Source: a bacterium (lineage in GTDB: Bacteria > UBA8248). From it: a DNA stretch of 64,000 nt. Of this stretch, positions 20,035-29,155 are shown one piece after another; positions within the stretch are counted from its first letter, which is position 1, and each line of letters begins with the position of its first letter. Location of the stretch: NCBI GenBank assembly GCA_965213625.1, contig CBDBZU010000004.1:3744001-3808000 (forward strand), written 5' to 3'. Both the position numbers and the translations under genes were made by a program. The notes under the pieces are model-generated. The model had not been told where the DNA came from, searched no databases, and saw only the letters and a program-made list of their open reading frames with translations.

Positions 20035-20862
20035 TTAAGCTCTCTCATCCCCCGCCCAGAGTTTGACGAGGGTGTGAAACTCCCCGTTTTCACCGAACCG
20101 GTCGATACGCTCGGGCAAGGCCGTCATCATCGCGCGGTCGAAGCGCTGTCCAACGCGTACTATGCCCAGGGCTTCTTCCGTCACCGCCGATACTTCGCAG
20201 ACTGCGCCGCTCGCTTCCAGGTCATCCATCAGCGCCTCATACGGCGCGCCCCACAGCGGGAAGTGAAGCGATGCGCCGCAAGACGCGGCTAATTCTCGAA
20301 ACGCCTCCACGCGCCAATCGCGAATGTGCTCGAGGTGCAGGTCGCCGAAGACGAAGCGGGCAATGCGCGGAATCATGCGGGCCGCCTCGCCAATGCGGAC
20401 CTCATACGCCTCTCCCGGATGGAGGGGCACGCCCAGCAGCGGGACTCCCATGTGCTCGGCCTGGCGCGCCACCAGTTCGATACCGATCTCCTGGTGCGCG
20501 ATCTTGCGGCTCGCCGCATCAAAGGTGGTGAACAGAACGATTGGCCTTCGGCCTTCGCGCTGCAAGGCCCGGTAGGTGAGAAAGCTGTCCTTCCCGCCGC
20601 TCCAGAAGAGCACGTCGGCGGGTTCGGTGGGCGGGCGGACGCCGGTCATCCAGGCGGGCCGGCGGGCGAGGCGGGGGCGCTCTTCCACCGGAACCGCTTC
20701 ATGCGCATAGGGACAGTGGCGGCAGCCGCTGCCGCAGCAATTCCCGCGCCGCCTGAGCCCGACCTCGGTGAAAACGCGCCAGCCCGTCTCGGGGTCGATG
20801 TAGAACTCCTCCCCATCGCGGCAAGCGCGCTCATGGAGAGTCGACCAGTTATCCTGGTTCAT
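20035..20862 (-). CDS. Cys-rich DUF5522-like domain fused to a Dph6/DUF71-like PP-loop ATP pyrophosphatase
   Basis: RGNCCGSGCRHCPY, then WSGGKDS, FGDLHL and GENGEFHT. Confidence 0.8.
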   Translation of the reverse strand: MNQDNWSTLHERACRDGEEFYIDPETGWRVFTEVGLRRRGNCCGSGCRHCPYAHEAVPVEERPRLARRPAWMTGVRPPTEPADVLFWSGGKDSFLTYRALQREGRRPIVLFTTFDAASRKIAHQEIGIELVARQAEHMGVPLLGVPLHPGEAYEVRIGEAARMIPRIARFVFGDLHLEHIRDWRVEAFRELAASCGASLHFPLWGAPYEALMDDLEASGAVCEVSAVTEEALGIVRVGQRFDRAMMTALPERIDRFGENGEFHTLVKLWAGDERA

Positions 20863-20889
20863 GGCTCTTTCGGTTCGCTCCGGTGGATA

Positions 20890-21834
20890 TCAGGCCGCGC
20901 CCGTTTCGAGACGCTCCCAGCCCGCGCCCTCGTGTCCGAAGGAGAAGACATCGGGATGCAGAATCTCCGCCAGAATCTCGGCGGATTCGACCAGCCTGGG
21001 TCCGGGGCGGTTGAAGAACTGGTTGCCGTCGGTGACGAACACTTCTCCCCTTTGCACGGCTTCCAGGCGCACCCACTCCGGCCTTCCGGTGAGCGCGGCA
21101 AGCTCTTGGCGCGAACGGGGGATGTCGAAACCGCACGGCATGAGCACGATGGCCTCAGACCTGGTCTTTTCCAGAGCCTCCCATTCGAGCCAGGCGGAGT
21201 GTTCGCCTCGAACGCCCAGAACGTCCTCCCCGCCCGCGATCTCCACGAGCTCGGGCACCCAGTTGCCCGCTGACATGAGCGGGTCGTACCACTCGATGCA
21301 GGCCACTCGCGGCCTGCGGCCTATTTCCTGCGCGCGCCCGGCGATGGCGTCGAGCCGCCCACGCAATTTCGCCAGCAGTGACTCGCCGCGCTTGCGGACT
21401 CCCAGGGCATCGGCCACCGAGGCGATATCTCGCCAGACGTCGTTTAGTTCATTCGGTTCAAGCGAAAGAACGTCGGGTTTCGAGCGCACCAGTTTCCGGA
21501 CGGCCGCCTGAACGTCCGCCAGACTCACGGCGCAGAGTTCGCACTGTGACTGCGTGACCACCAGGTCCGGCGCCAGTTCGTCGAGCAAAGCGGTGTCGAC
21601 GCTGTAGACCGAGACGGCTTCTTGCAGCACCGCCTTCACGCGCTCGTCAATCTCGCGGCTCGTGCCGTTCGTGTCGAACTTGGGCGCCGTGCAGGGAGGC
21701 AGCGCATCGATTCCGGAGGGATAATCGCACTCGTGCGAGCGGCCCACGATGCGGTCGCCACATCCTAAGGAGTGGATGATCTCGGTGCTGCTCGGCAGGA
21801 GCGATACGACGCGGTTCAAGAACCCACCCTCCAT
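20890..21834 (-). CDS. BtuF-like (cobalamin/Fe-siderophore type) binding protein with no signal peptide
   Basis: RVVSLLPSSTE, GRSHECDYP, TQSQCELCAV and NRPGPRL motifs. Confidence 0.82.
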   Translation of the reverse strand: MEGGFLNRVVSLLPSSTEIIHSLGCGDRIVGRSHECDYPSGIDALPPCTAPKFDTNGTSREIDERVKAVLQEAVSVYSVDTALLDELAPDLVVTQSQCELCAVSLADVQAAVRKLVRSKPDVLSLEPNELNDVWRDIASVADALGVRKRGESLLAKLRGRLDAIAGRAQEIGRRPRVACIEWYDPLMSAGNWVPELVEIAGGEDVLGVRGEHSAWLEWEALEKTRSEAIVLMPCGFDIPRSRQELAALTGRPEWVRLEAVQRGEVFVTDGNQFFNRPGPRLVESAEILAEILHPDVFSFGHEGAGWERLETGAA

Positions 21835-21973
21835 AAACGATGAAATTCGACCACAAGAATCCTAGCACACCATGATTTCTTATGCCGTCGCTCTTTCGTC
21901 GCCACTTCGCCATAAGCTTTAAGGAGAAGTGAGGGATCAGGTTTTTTCTAGGCCATTCAGAAATAATTCCTCT

Positions 21974-22393
21974 TCAAGGCTTCACCTCATCGCTCAGTCG
22001 TCTCTCCACTTCCCGCGTTACCCGCAGTAACGCGGCAATGAGTTCCTCACCCACATCCAACACACCCTCATACTCGGCGAGGTTGCGTTTGCGATGGGCG
22101 TTATCCAGCACGCGCCACTGCGCCTGCGGCAGGTCGATGGTGTGCTGGAGACATTGAAAAACCAGATAGCGCGAGTCGGAGCGGTAGTTTCGCCTGCGCA
22201 ACGCGGCGAGCGCCAGTGCGTGGGCCGCGTTGTAGGCCAGATCGAAACGGCTCTCCAGGCTCAGTTCTTCTCGCTCGGCGTCGTTCAGGCGGCGAACGCC
22301 AGAGCGAATCAGGCCTTCGATTTCCTCATCGGCTGCCGGCTCACTCTTGAGCCTGCCAATACGCACCAGATTATCCAGTTGTGGGTGCGTCAT
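21974..22393 (-). CDS. HEPN-like protein, partner of the upstream MNT
   Basis: RFDLAYNAAH and KRNLAEYEG (Rx4Y variant); overlaps the MNT gene. Confidence 0.7.
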   Translation of the reverse strand: MTHPQLDNLVRIGRLKSEPAADEEIEGLIRSGVRRLNDAEREELSLESRFDLAYNAAHALALAALRRRNYRSDSRYLVFQCLQHTIDLPQAQWRVLDNAHRKRNLAEYEGVLDVGEELIAALLRVTREVERRLSDEVKP

Positions 22394-23033
22394 CTTCCTC
22401 TCCAATGAGGATGATGTGTTCACCGGCGAGCACGTTCGTCACAAAAGGGTTTCCGGCGGCTCTGCGTTCATTGAACTCCCGGGAAGTGTAAAGCGTGGGA
22501 CTGATCCTACGGGAAAGACTGATCTCCACCGGCGAGAGTGCGGTATATACTTCCTCCAGCATCACACTGTCGGCGACAACGAGCAGGTCGACGTCGCTAC
22601 CCGCAGTTTCGGTCCCCTCTACGACCGACCCGTACACCAAGGCGAGCTTCACACGATCGAATAGCGGCTCCAACGCCCGCCGGATCGGTTCCGCCGGGGC
22701 GAGCGTCTTGCGGACGATGCCGCTCATCTCCTCATACACCGGACAGTCTGGATTGGCCTGGTAATGCTTCTGCCTGCCGATAGGTGTGACGCTTACCAGA
22801 CCGCTGGATGCGAAGCGCTTGAGCTCACGCTGCACGGCGCCGGAGCCGGACCCCGTCAACCGGATCAATTCGCTGGCGAAAAAGCTCCGTCCGGGTTGGC
22901 CGAACAGGAGCGCCAGGAGCCGCTGCTGGGTGGTGGTGAAAAGCGCATCCGCAAGACCGGTAGTTGCAGCGTCGGACCCGGACGGCTTGCGGCGAGTGAT
23001 GCGTGAGAGATGTGTTGTCGTTATATTTCCCAT
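22371..23033 (-). CDS. Winged-HTH + MNT nucleotidyltransferase (antitoxin/regulator); start uncertain
   Basis: GSGAVQREL HTH segment and VYGSVVEGTETAGSDVDL. Confidence 0.8.
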   Translation of the reverse strand: MGNITTTHLSRITRRKPSGSDAATTGLADALFTTTQQRLLALLFGQPGRSFFASELIRLTGSGSGAVQRELKRFASSGLVSVTPIGRQKHYQANPDCPVYEEMSGIVRKTLAPAEPIRRALEPLFDRVKLALVYGSVVEGTETAGSDVDLLVVADSVMLEEVYTALSPVEISLSRRISPTLYTSREFNERRAAGNPFVTNVLAGEHIILIGEEDDAPTTG

Positions 23034-23063
23034 AATGGGCATTATGATGCCCATTTTAGGCAT
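23026..23063. promoter_or_regulatory. Tandem palindromic operator-like boxes
   Basis: TTTCCCATAATGGGCAT and ATGCCCATTTTAGGCAT, 21 bp apart, overlapping the MNT start region. Confidence 0.55.
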
Positions 23064-23193
23064 ATTGCAAGCAGGGATATCGAATTATCCCGATGCTCGA
23101 CACACGGCAAGTCGTTCCCTCCCCTTGCCGGGTCGCCTCCCCTCTGCTAGTTTTTTGGAAAATCCAACCATTCTTTTCAGGAGGAAGCGCGCG

Positions 23194-23718
23194 ATGGCGG
23201 AATTCACCGTAGCCAATTTCAAGGACGTATCCGGGGGTCTGCAAGAGGGCCAGTTCGCAGTCGGCGAGCGGAAGAAGGCCAGCGGTCTGGCGGATATTGA
23301 CCCCATCTATAGAGATTTGCTCGATAAGCCGATTACGGTCACGCTGGGCCTCATCGGCCCCGACGGGCGCGTGAACATGACGCCCATGTGGTTCGACTAC
23401 GAGGGCGACACGATTCTGGTGAACACCGCCGCTCATCGCGCAAAATGCGGATGGATACGAAACAACCCGCAGTTGACGATCCTGCTCGTGAACCCCGAGA
23501 ACCCCTACCACTGGATGAGCATCAAGTGCACGGTGGTGAACGAGATACGAGAGGACGGGCCGGGCGGCGAGAAGGCGACCGAGCAACTCGACCGCATCTG
23601 GACAAAATACACGGGCGCGGACCCGCCCTATGCACTCAGGGACCCCGTGATCGACGAGAAGCGCGTACTCTTTGAGTGCCGCGTGGACCGGGTCGCCACG
23701 TTCGGAAAACCGGCGTAA
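23194..23718 (+). CDS. Pyridoxamine 5'-phosphate oxidase-like (PPOX/FDOR) protein
   Basis: DGRVNMTPMWF, NT...RAK...IRNNP and PENPY motifs. Confidence 0.8.
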   Translation: MAEFTVANFKDVSGGLQEGQFAVGERKKASGLADIDPIYRDLLDKPITVTLGLIGPDGRVNMTPMWFDYEGDTILVNTAAHRAKCGWIRNNPQLTILLVNPENPYHWMSIKCTVVNEIREDGPGGEKATEQLDRIWTKYTGADPPYALRDPVIDEKRVLFECRVDRVATFGKPA

Positions 23719-23827
23719 CGAAGTACGATCCGAGGAGTCGGTTCCGAGCGACGTAAGGGATATTGCGAGCCGATATTTTCCCCGTACCCGGGCTTTCGCA
23801 AACCCTCCTTCATCGGTCGGGGCTGAA

Positions 23828-24958
23828 CTACCAGACGCAGCCGCGCGCAGCCACGGGGATCACGGCTTCGAGGACGCCCTCTTCCATCCCGCCGCGAACG
23901 CCGTGGTAGACGTCGTAGAGGTTGATGGTCGGGTCGCAGTGGCTGGGCTGGAACAGGAGCGTCTCGCTGATTTCTGGACGCCTCGAGGCCGGGGAAAGTT
24001 CCAGCACGCCGTGTTCATCCGATGCCCGCGCGTGCACGGCGCCTTCGAGTTCCAGGCAGGGTGCCAGCCCGCTGTCGGAAGAAAGCGCCTTGTGACCGGC
24101 GTCCATCACCACGTGTCCGGGACCGGGCGCGCTCACCACGGTCGTCAGCACGAACAGGCTGGGCTTGAAGTCGTCATAAATATCCGATTCCTCGCCGCCT
24201 ATGCTGCGGTAGTGCGAATCCATGAAGAGATAGCTCCCCGCCTGAAGCTCGTTCAACACGCCCGATTCCGCGTCCCAGCGCCATGAACCCGTGCCGCCGC
24301 CGCTCCTGATTTCCATCGGAAGCCCGGCGGCCTCGAATGCGTCCACCGTCTCGCGCATCCGCGCTATGGCCTCGGCGTAGACTTGGCGCCGCTCGGCGAA
24401 TCCGTCCACGTGCTGGGCGCCGCCCTGGTAGGCCTGAATCCCCTTGAGTTCGAGTCCTTTCGCCGCCTCCACACGCCGGGCCAGTTCTACCGCCACCTCT
24501 CCCGGCGCCACGCCGCAGCGGCCCTGGCCCACATCCACGTCGACGAGCACGCCGATGTCCGCTCCCGCCGCCGTCACGGCTTCTGCGAGCATCGCCACCC
24601 CCTGGGGGTGATCCACCACCACCATCAGGCTCGTATGGCGCGCGAGCGCTGCCAGACGCCTGAGTTTCGAGACGGCCGTGACCTCGCTGCTCACGAGTAC
24701 GTTCTCGATACCGCCCTCCACCATCACCTCGGCCTCGCTCACCTTCTGGCAGCACACGCCCACGGCGCCGAGCGCCATCTGCTTTCTCGCGAGCCAGGGA
24801 CTCTTGTGCGTCTTGGCATGGGCGCGAAGACTGACGCCCGTACCTTCCAGGCGCTTCGCCATCAGGGCGAGGTTCTCCTCCATGACGTCGAGGTCGACTA
24901 TCAGGGCAGGCGTTTCGATTTCACGCACCGGCGTTCCGATGCTCTGGGTGGAGGGCAT
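23828..24958 (-). CDS. DSD1/D-threonine aldolase family PLP enzyme
   Basis: ETPAL, RAHAKTHK (PLP Lys), GGGTGS, ELQAGSY and HCDPTINL motifs. Confidence 0.9.
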   Translation of the reverse strand: MPSTQSIGTPVREIETPALIVDLDVMEENLALMAKRLEGTGVSLRAHAKTHKSPWLARKQMALGAVGVCCQKVSEAEVMVEGGIENVLVSSEVTAVSKLRRLAALARHTSLMVVVDHPQGVAMLAEAVTAAGADIGVLVDVDVGQGRCGVAPGEVAVELARRVEAAKGLELKGIQAYQGGAQHVDGFAERRQVYAEAIARMRETVDAFEAAGLPMEIRSGGGTGSWRWDAESGVLNELQAGSYLFMDSHYRSIGGEESDIYDDFKPSLFVLTTVVSAPGPGHVVMDAGHKALSSDSGLAPCLELEGAVHARASDEHGVLELSPASRRPEISETLLFQPSHCDPTINLYDVYHGVRGGMEEGVLEAVIPVAARGCVW

Positions 24959-25128
24959 GAGAAATCTTCCTCCGGGAGAAATCGCTAGTAATTATCATGA
25001 GCGCTTCATCGAAGAATATCACCTAACAGGCGGGGCGGGAACCGGCTTGCCCGCCGCCCTCTCATGACGCATGATTGATTTTCCTGATCTCAGGCAATTT
25101 TTTTCTTGCTTCCGGAGGGTTTTTCTTC

Positions 25129-26019
25129 ATGCGCACCAAGGCGGACGATCTCCTCGAAGGCGCCATCGACGTTCACGCCCACATCTTCCCCCAGGTATTT
25201 TTAGAGGAACCCGGCCGCGTGCTGGACCATGAATGGGCCGAACTTGCGCGCGAGGTCGGCATGCGCGGCTTCGTGATGAAGAGCCACCTGTGGCCCACCA
25301 TCGCCCAGGCCAGGATCCTGAACGAGGTCTATCCGGGCGTCACGGCCTTTGGCGCTATTACCCTGAACGCCAACGTGGGCGGGCTTTCACCATTCGCGGC
25401 GGAAAGCGCGGTGCGCCTCGGCGTAAAAGTCATCTGGATGCCCACCTACTCCGCGGCGAACGACATCGCAGTGGGAGCCTACAGCAAGCGCATCGCAGAG
25501 GCCTATAGCCAGCCCCCGCCCGCGCAGGGCCTGACGATTCTCGACGGAAACGGCGTGGTATGTCCCGAGGCGGACGCCATACTCGAAATCGCGCGCGACG
25601 GGGATGTGGCCGTGGCCACGGGACATCTCTCCGCAGAGGAGGGCGTTGCCCTGGCGAGGCGCGCGAAGGAGATAGGGGTGAAAAAATTCATCTTCACCCA
25701 CCCGATCATCTTCATCGTCAATGCGAGCGAGGCGCAACTTCGCGAGGTGGCGGACCTGGGCTACATCGTCGAGTTCACGTGGATTTCGGCTTTCCCCATG
25801 TGGCGCGACCTCGACCCCATGAAAGTCGCCGAAACCGCGCGCGCCCTCGGCCCGGAGCGATGCGTGATGAGCACGGACGCGCAACTCGACCTCAACCCCC
25901 CGCCGACGGAAATGCTGCGCATGTTCATCGCCACGATGCTGCGCCTGGGGTTCGAGGACGAGGAGATACGCTGGATGGTGCAGCGAAATCCCGCCCGGCT
26001 GATGGGTCTCGAAGAATAA
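25129..26019 (+). CDS. Amidohydrolase-fold protein (DUF6282-like)
   Basis: AIDVHAH, MKSH, WMPT, ATGHLS, STD and NPARL motifs. Confidence 0.8.
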   Translation: MRTKADDLLEGAIDVHAHIFPQVFLEEPGRVLDHEWAELAREVGMRGFVMKSHLWPTIAQARILNEVYPGVTAFGAITLNANVGGLSPFAAESAVRLGVKVIWMPTYSAANDIAVGAYSKRIAEAYSQPPPAQGLTILDGNGVVCPEADAILEIARDGDVAVATGHLSAEEGVALARRAKEIGVKKFIFTHPIIFIVNASEAQLREVADLGYIVEFTWISAFPMWRDLDPMKVAETARALGPERCVMSTDAQLDLNPPPTEMLRMFIATMLRLGFEDEEIRWMVQRNPARLMGLEE

Positions 26020-26197
26020 GAAGCACTCGCGAAAAACACCTTGCAACTTAACGCGAAAGAGGGTTACTGCCTTCCACCCGTATCATCCTGATTTTTTTCT
26101 TGACTCTCTCAAAAAATTCCTTACACAATCTTAATGTTGCATCGCCGCCTTCGTTGATACCATATCAACAGGTTATTCAGGCGGGAGAAGCAATTCC

Positions 26198-26908
26198 ATG
26201 AACCAGCAAGACTCCATCCTGATCGTCGAGGATGAGAAGAACATCGCAGCGCTCATCGAAAAATCTTTACGCCGAGAAGGTTTTCACACCATCATCGCTC
26301 ATGACGGTGAGCGAGCATTGCAACTGGCGCGCCAACTCGAACCGTCTTTCGTCGTACTCGATCTGATGCTCCCGCAGATGAACGGGTGGGATGTCTGCAA
26401 ACACCTCCGGGAAGAGTCCGACGTACCCATCCTGATGCTCACGGCCAGGGAAGGGGAAGTCGACAAGCTGTTCGCCTTCTCGCTGGGCGCCGATGATTAC
26501 GTCGTCAAACCCTTCAGCCCGAGAGAGCTCGTCGAACGCGTCAAAGCCATCCTCAGGCGCACGAAAAACACGCCCATGTGCAGGAAGACGAAACTCTCTT
26601 TCGGCGATTTGCTCCTGGAGCCTGAAAAACACAAACTCACCCGAAACGGCGAACCCGTATCGCTCACCCCCTCGGAATACGTGCTGCTCCTGACGCTTAT
26701 GAGCGCGCCAGGGCGCGTTTTTTCCCGCCACGAACTGCTATGCAAGCTCTACCAAACTTCGGACGCCGTGGTCGCCCGCGTGGTGGACGTTCACATCGGA
26801 AAGATACGACAAAAAATCGAGTGTGACCCCGCCAAGCCCCATCTCATCTTTACGGTGCGCGGCGTGGGGTATCGTTTCGCAGATACGGAAGAACAAGGAG
26901 AACGTTAG
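26198..26908 (+). CDS. OmpR-family response regulator
   Basis: IVEDE, LDLMLP, GADDYVVKPF and TVRGVGY motifs. Confidence 0.95.
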   Translation: MNQQDSILIVEDEKNIAALIEKSLRREGFHTIIAHDGERALQLARQLEPSFVVLDLMLPQMNGWDVCKHLREESDVPILMLTAREGEVDKLFAFSLGADDYVVKPFSPRELVERVKAILRRTKNTPMCRKTKLSFGDLLLEPEKHKLTRNGEPVSLTPSEYVLLLTLMSAPGRVFSRHELLCKLYQTSDAVVARVVDVHIGKIRQKIECDPAKPHLIFTVRGVGYRFADTEEQGER

Positions 26909-26909
26909 C

Positions 26910-27974
26910 ATGAAGAATCGCCTGCTCTGGAAACTCCTGGCCATCAACCTGCCGGTCATCGTACTGGTCATTCTGGTTGTCTGGCTGTCGATTGATTTCC
27001 TCGCCGCCGATTATTTCGCCGCCCTGATGCGCAATTACAACATCTCGCCTACGGAAATACACCGAATGTTCCTGGACGCCGTGTATTATTCCATCCTCAA
27101 TGCGAGCGTGCTCGCCGTGATAATGGCCATAGTCTTGAGTTTTTTCCTCACCCGGAGGGTGCTGCGCCCACTCTTCGCAATAGCAGAAGTATCCAGGAAA
27201 GTGTCGCGGGGCGATTTCACCGCGCGCGTGGAGATTTCTTCGAAAGACGAGGTCGGACAGTTCGGACTGACGTTCAACCAGATGGCCGAAAATCTGGAAA
27301 AAATCGAAACCCTCAGAAAAACCATGCTGGGAGATATCGCCCATGAACTGAGAACCCCACTCACCACGGTGCGCGGCTATCTGGAAGGTCTGTATGACGG
27401 CGTCATCCCGCCCGCCAAGGATACGTTCGGCATGCTGAAGGAGGAAATTCTGCGCCTCGTGCGCATGGTCCAGGACTTTCAACAACTCACCCAAGCCGAA
27501 GCCGCCAAGGTCTTTCTCAGGCGAGAAGAGGTCGAATTAACTCAATTAGTGAAGTGCGTCATCGAACTGTATCGGCAAGATTTCGAAGTCAAAAATATCG
27601 GTGTGCCCGTGGATTTCAGCGACGACACAAACAAAGTACAGGCGGATAGGGACAAAATTCTTCAGGCTCTGGGCAATATCGTTCAGAACGCATGGCAGTA
27701 TACGCCCGAGCATGGGAAGTTCCGCATCCGGGCCGAGAATTATAAGGACGGGGTGAAGTTCATTTTTTCAAATACTTGCGAAGATTTCCCAAAGGAAGAC
27801 GTCGGACTCATCTTCGAGAGGTTCTACCGCGCGGAAATATCGCGTTCGCGCGACAGCGAGGGAGCAGGCATCGGACTCTCGATAGTGAAGGCTCTCGTCG
27901 AGGCGCATGGAGGCGAAGTGGGCGCATCGTATGACGAAGGCGTTATCCACGTCTGGTTCAGCCTCCCCACCTGA
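26910..27974 (+). CDS. HAMP sensor histidine kinase (BaeS-like)
   Basis: Two TM segments, HAMP, AHELRTPL, FERFYR and GAGIGL. Confidence 0.93.
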   Translation: MKNRLLWKLLAINLPVIVLVILVVWLSIDFLAADYFAALMRNYNISPTEIHRMFLDAVYYSILNASVLAVIMAIVLSFFLTRRVLRPLFAIAEVSRKVSRGDFTARVEISSKDEVGQFGLTFNQMAENLEKIETLRKTMLGDIAHELRTPLTTVRGYLEGLYDGVIPPAKDTFGMLKEEILRLVRMVQDFQQLTQAEAAKVFLRREEVELTQLVKCVIELYRQDFEVKNIGVPVDFSDDTNKVQADRDKILQALGNIVQNAWQYTPEHGKFRIRAENYKDGVKFIFSNTCEDFPKEDVGLIFERFYRAEISRSRDSEGAGIGLSIVKALVEAHGGEVGASYDEGVIHVWFSLPT

Positions 27975-28152
27975 TCTTTTCGTTCACGATCTATTTGACT
28001 TTTTTCATCATAGCGCCAGATCTTTTTGGTATGCTCCCATGAGCGTGATTACGTAAAGGCACACGTCGATCATCAAAAACAGCCGCCTGCCCATGAATCA
28101 AATGGCATCAAAACCGGAAGAATCGAAAACACAGCAGAAAAAGGAACAAGCC

Positions 28153-28617
28153 ATGCCAAACTTACACAAAGCGCTCCTGATCCTCCTTGCGGCATCTTTA
28201 CTTCCCCTCGCACCGTCTTTCGTGAACGCCGCCGAGCCGACCGTCATCACCCTCACGCAAACGGGTTGCCAGTTCACCGAACCCGAGGGCAAGGACCATG
28301 ACTTCAAAACCAAGGGATCGGCCGATTGCAAGAAGATCAACGCCCAAAGCGGGGAAAAGCGCCTCGCCAATGCCAAGACCATCACGCTGAAACCAGGCGC
28401 CTACATTTTCCGGGTGACGAACAAGAACGTGCCGTATCAACTCGGGTTTTATCTCAGAGGCGCAGGGGTCGGCCGCCTCACGCTGCCGAAGGTTTCGGGA
28501 GGCGGCCTCGTCAAAGGGAAATCGAGGGATTACCACATCACGCTCAAAGAGGGCGACTATCATTTTTCATGCCCGCTGAACCCCACGCCCGACTACAGAC
28601 TGAAGGTGACGAACTAG
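28153..28617 (+). CDS. Secreted cupredoxin-like protein
   Basis: Signal peptide, LKPGAY and LKEGDYHFSCPLNPTP. Confidence 0.6.
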   Translation: MPNLHKALLILLAASLLPLAPSFVNAAEPTVITLTQTGCQFTEPEGKDHDFKTKGSADCKKINAQSGEKRLANAKTITLKPGAYIFRVTNKNVPYQLGFYLRGAGVGRLTLPKVSGGGLVKGKSRDYHITLKEGDYHFSCPLNPTPDYRLKVTN

Positions 28618-28626
28618 AACCTATAC

Positions 28627-28973
28627 GGGGTAGTTGAAACAACTCAAAGATGGAGCGCGCTAAATATCACTCCTCCCGTGAGGGGTTGTTGAAAAATTCC
28701 GCAGAAGGAGGAATGGCGGTTGTAGGGACAACCCTCCGTGGTTGTCCTTTGCAGGATGATTACAATCAAAACAGGCGCGGGGACCTCGAACAGGCACGGA
28801 GGCCTGTCCCTACGGGATCATCACGCCGCCGACCGGACGCATAGTGGGCTTTTTCAACAACCCCTCAATTGGGGAGTGGTTGGAGGCGCTCAGCGAGGGA
28901 GGAGTAAAGCTTCATCCATCCTAGGTCGGCTCCATACGTGAAATCACGAAAGCAGGACTTTTCCAACAGCCCC
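28627..28973. mobile_element. Nested MITE-like/REP composite
   Basis: Outer TIR-like pair 28627/28973, inner pair 28679/28867, innermost inverted GTAG REP pair 28722-28813. Confidence 0.65.
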
Positions 28974-29155
28974 GACCGTACGCAATGCCCCAAATTCGTT
29001 TCTCGTGTTATCACGCAATAATGCCAACTGAATAATACCGGACGCGCTAGAGCCGCACATCGCCTTACTTTATAATCATTTCATAAAATCTCATTTACGT
29101 GGATTAAGATCGGGAACCATACTCCCATGCACATGAAGCCGTACGGAGAAAGCTT

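Noticed and set aside
21835-21973. Cobalamin riboswitch upstream of the BtuF-like gene
   Set aside because: The gap is short and has no recognisable B12-box
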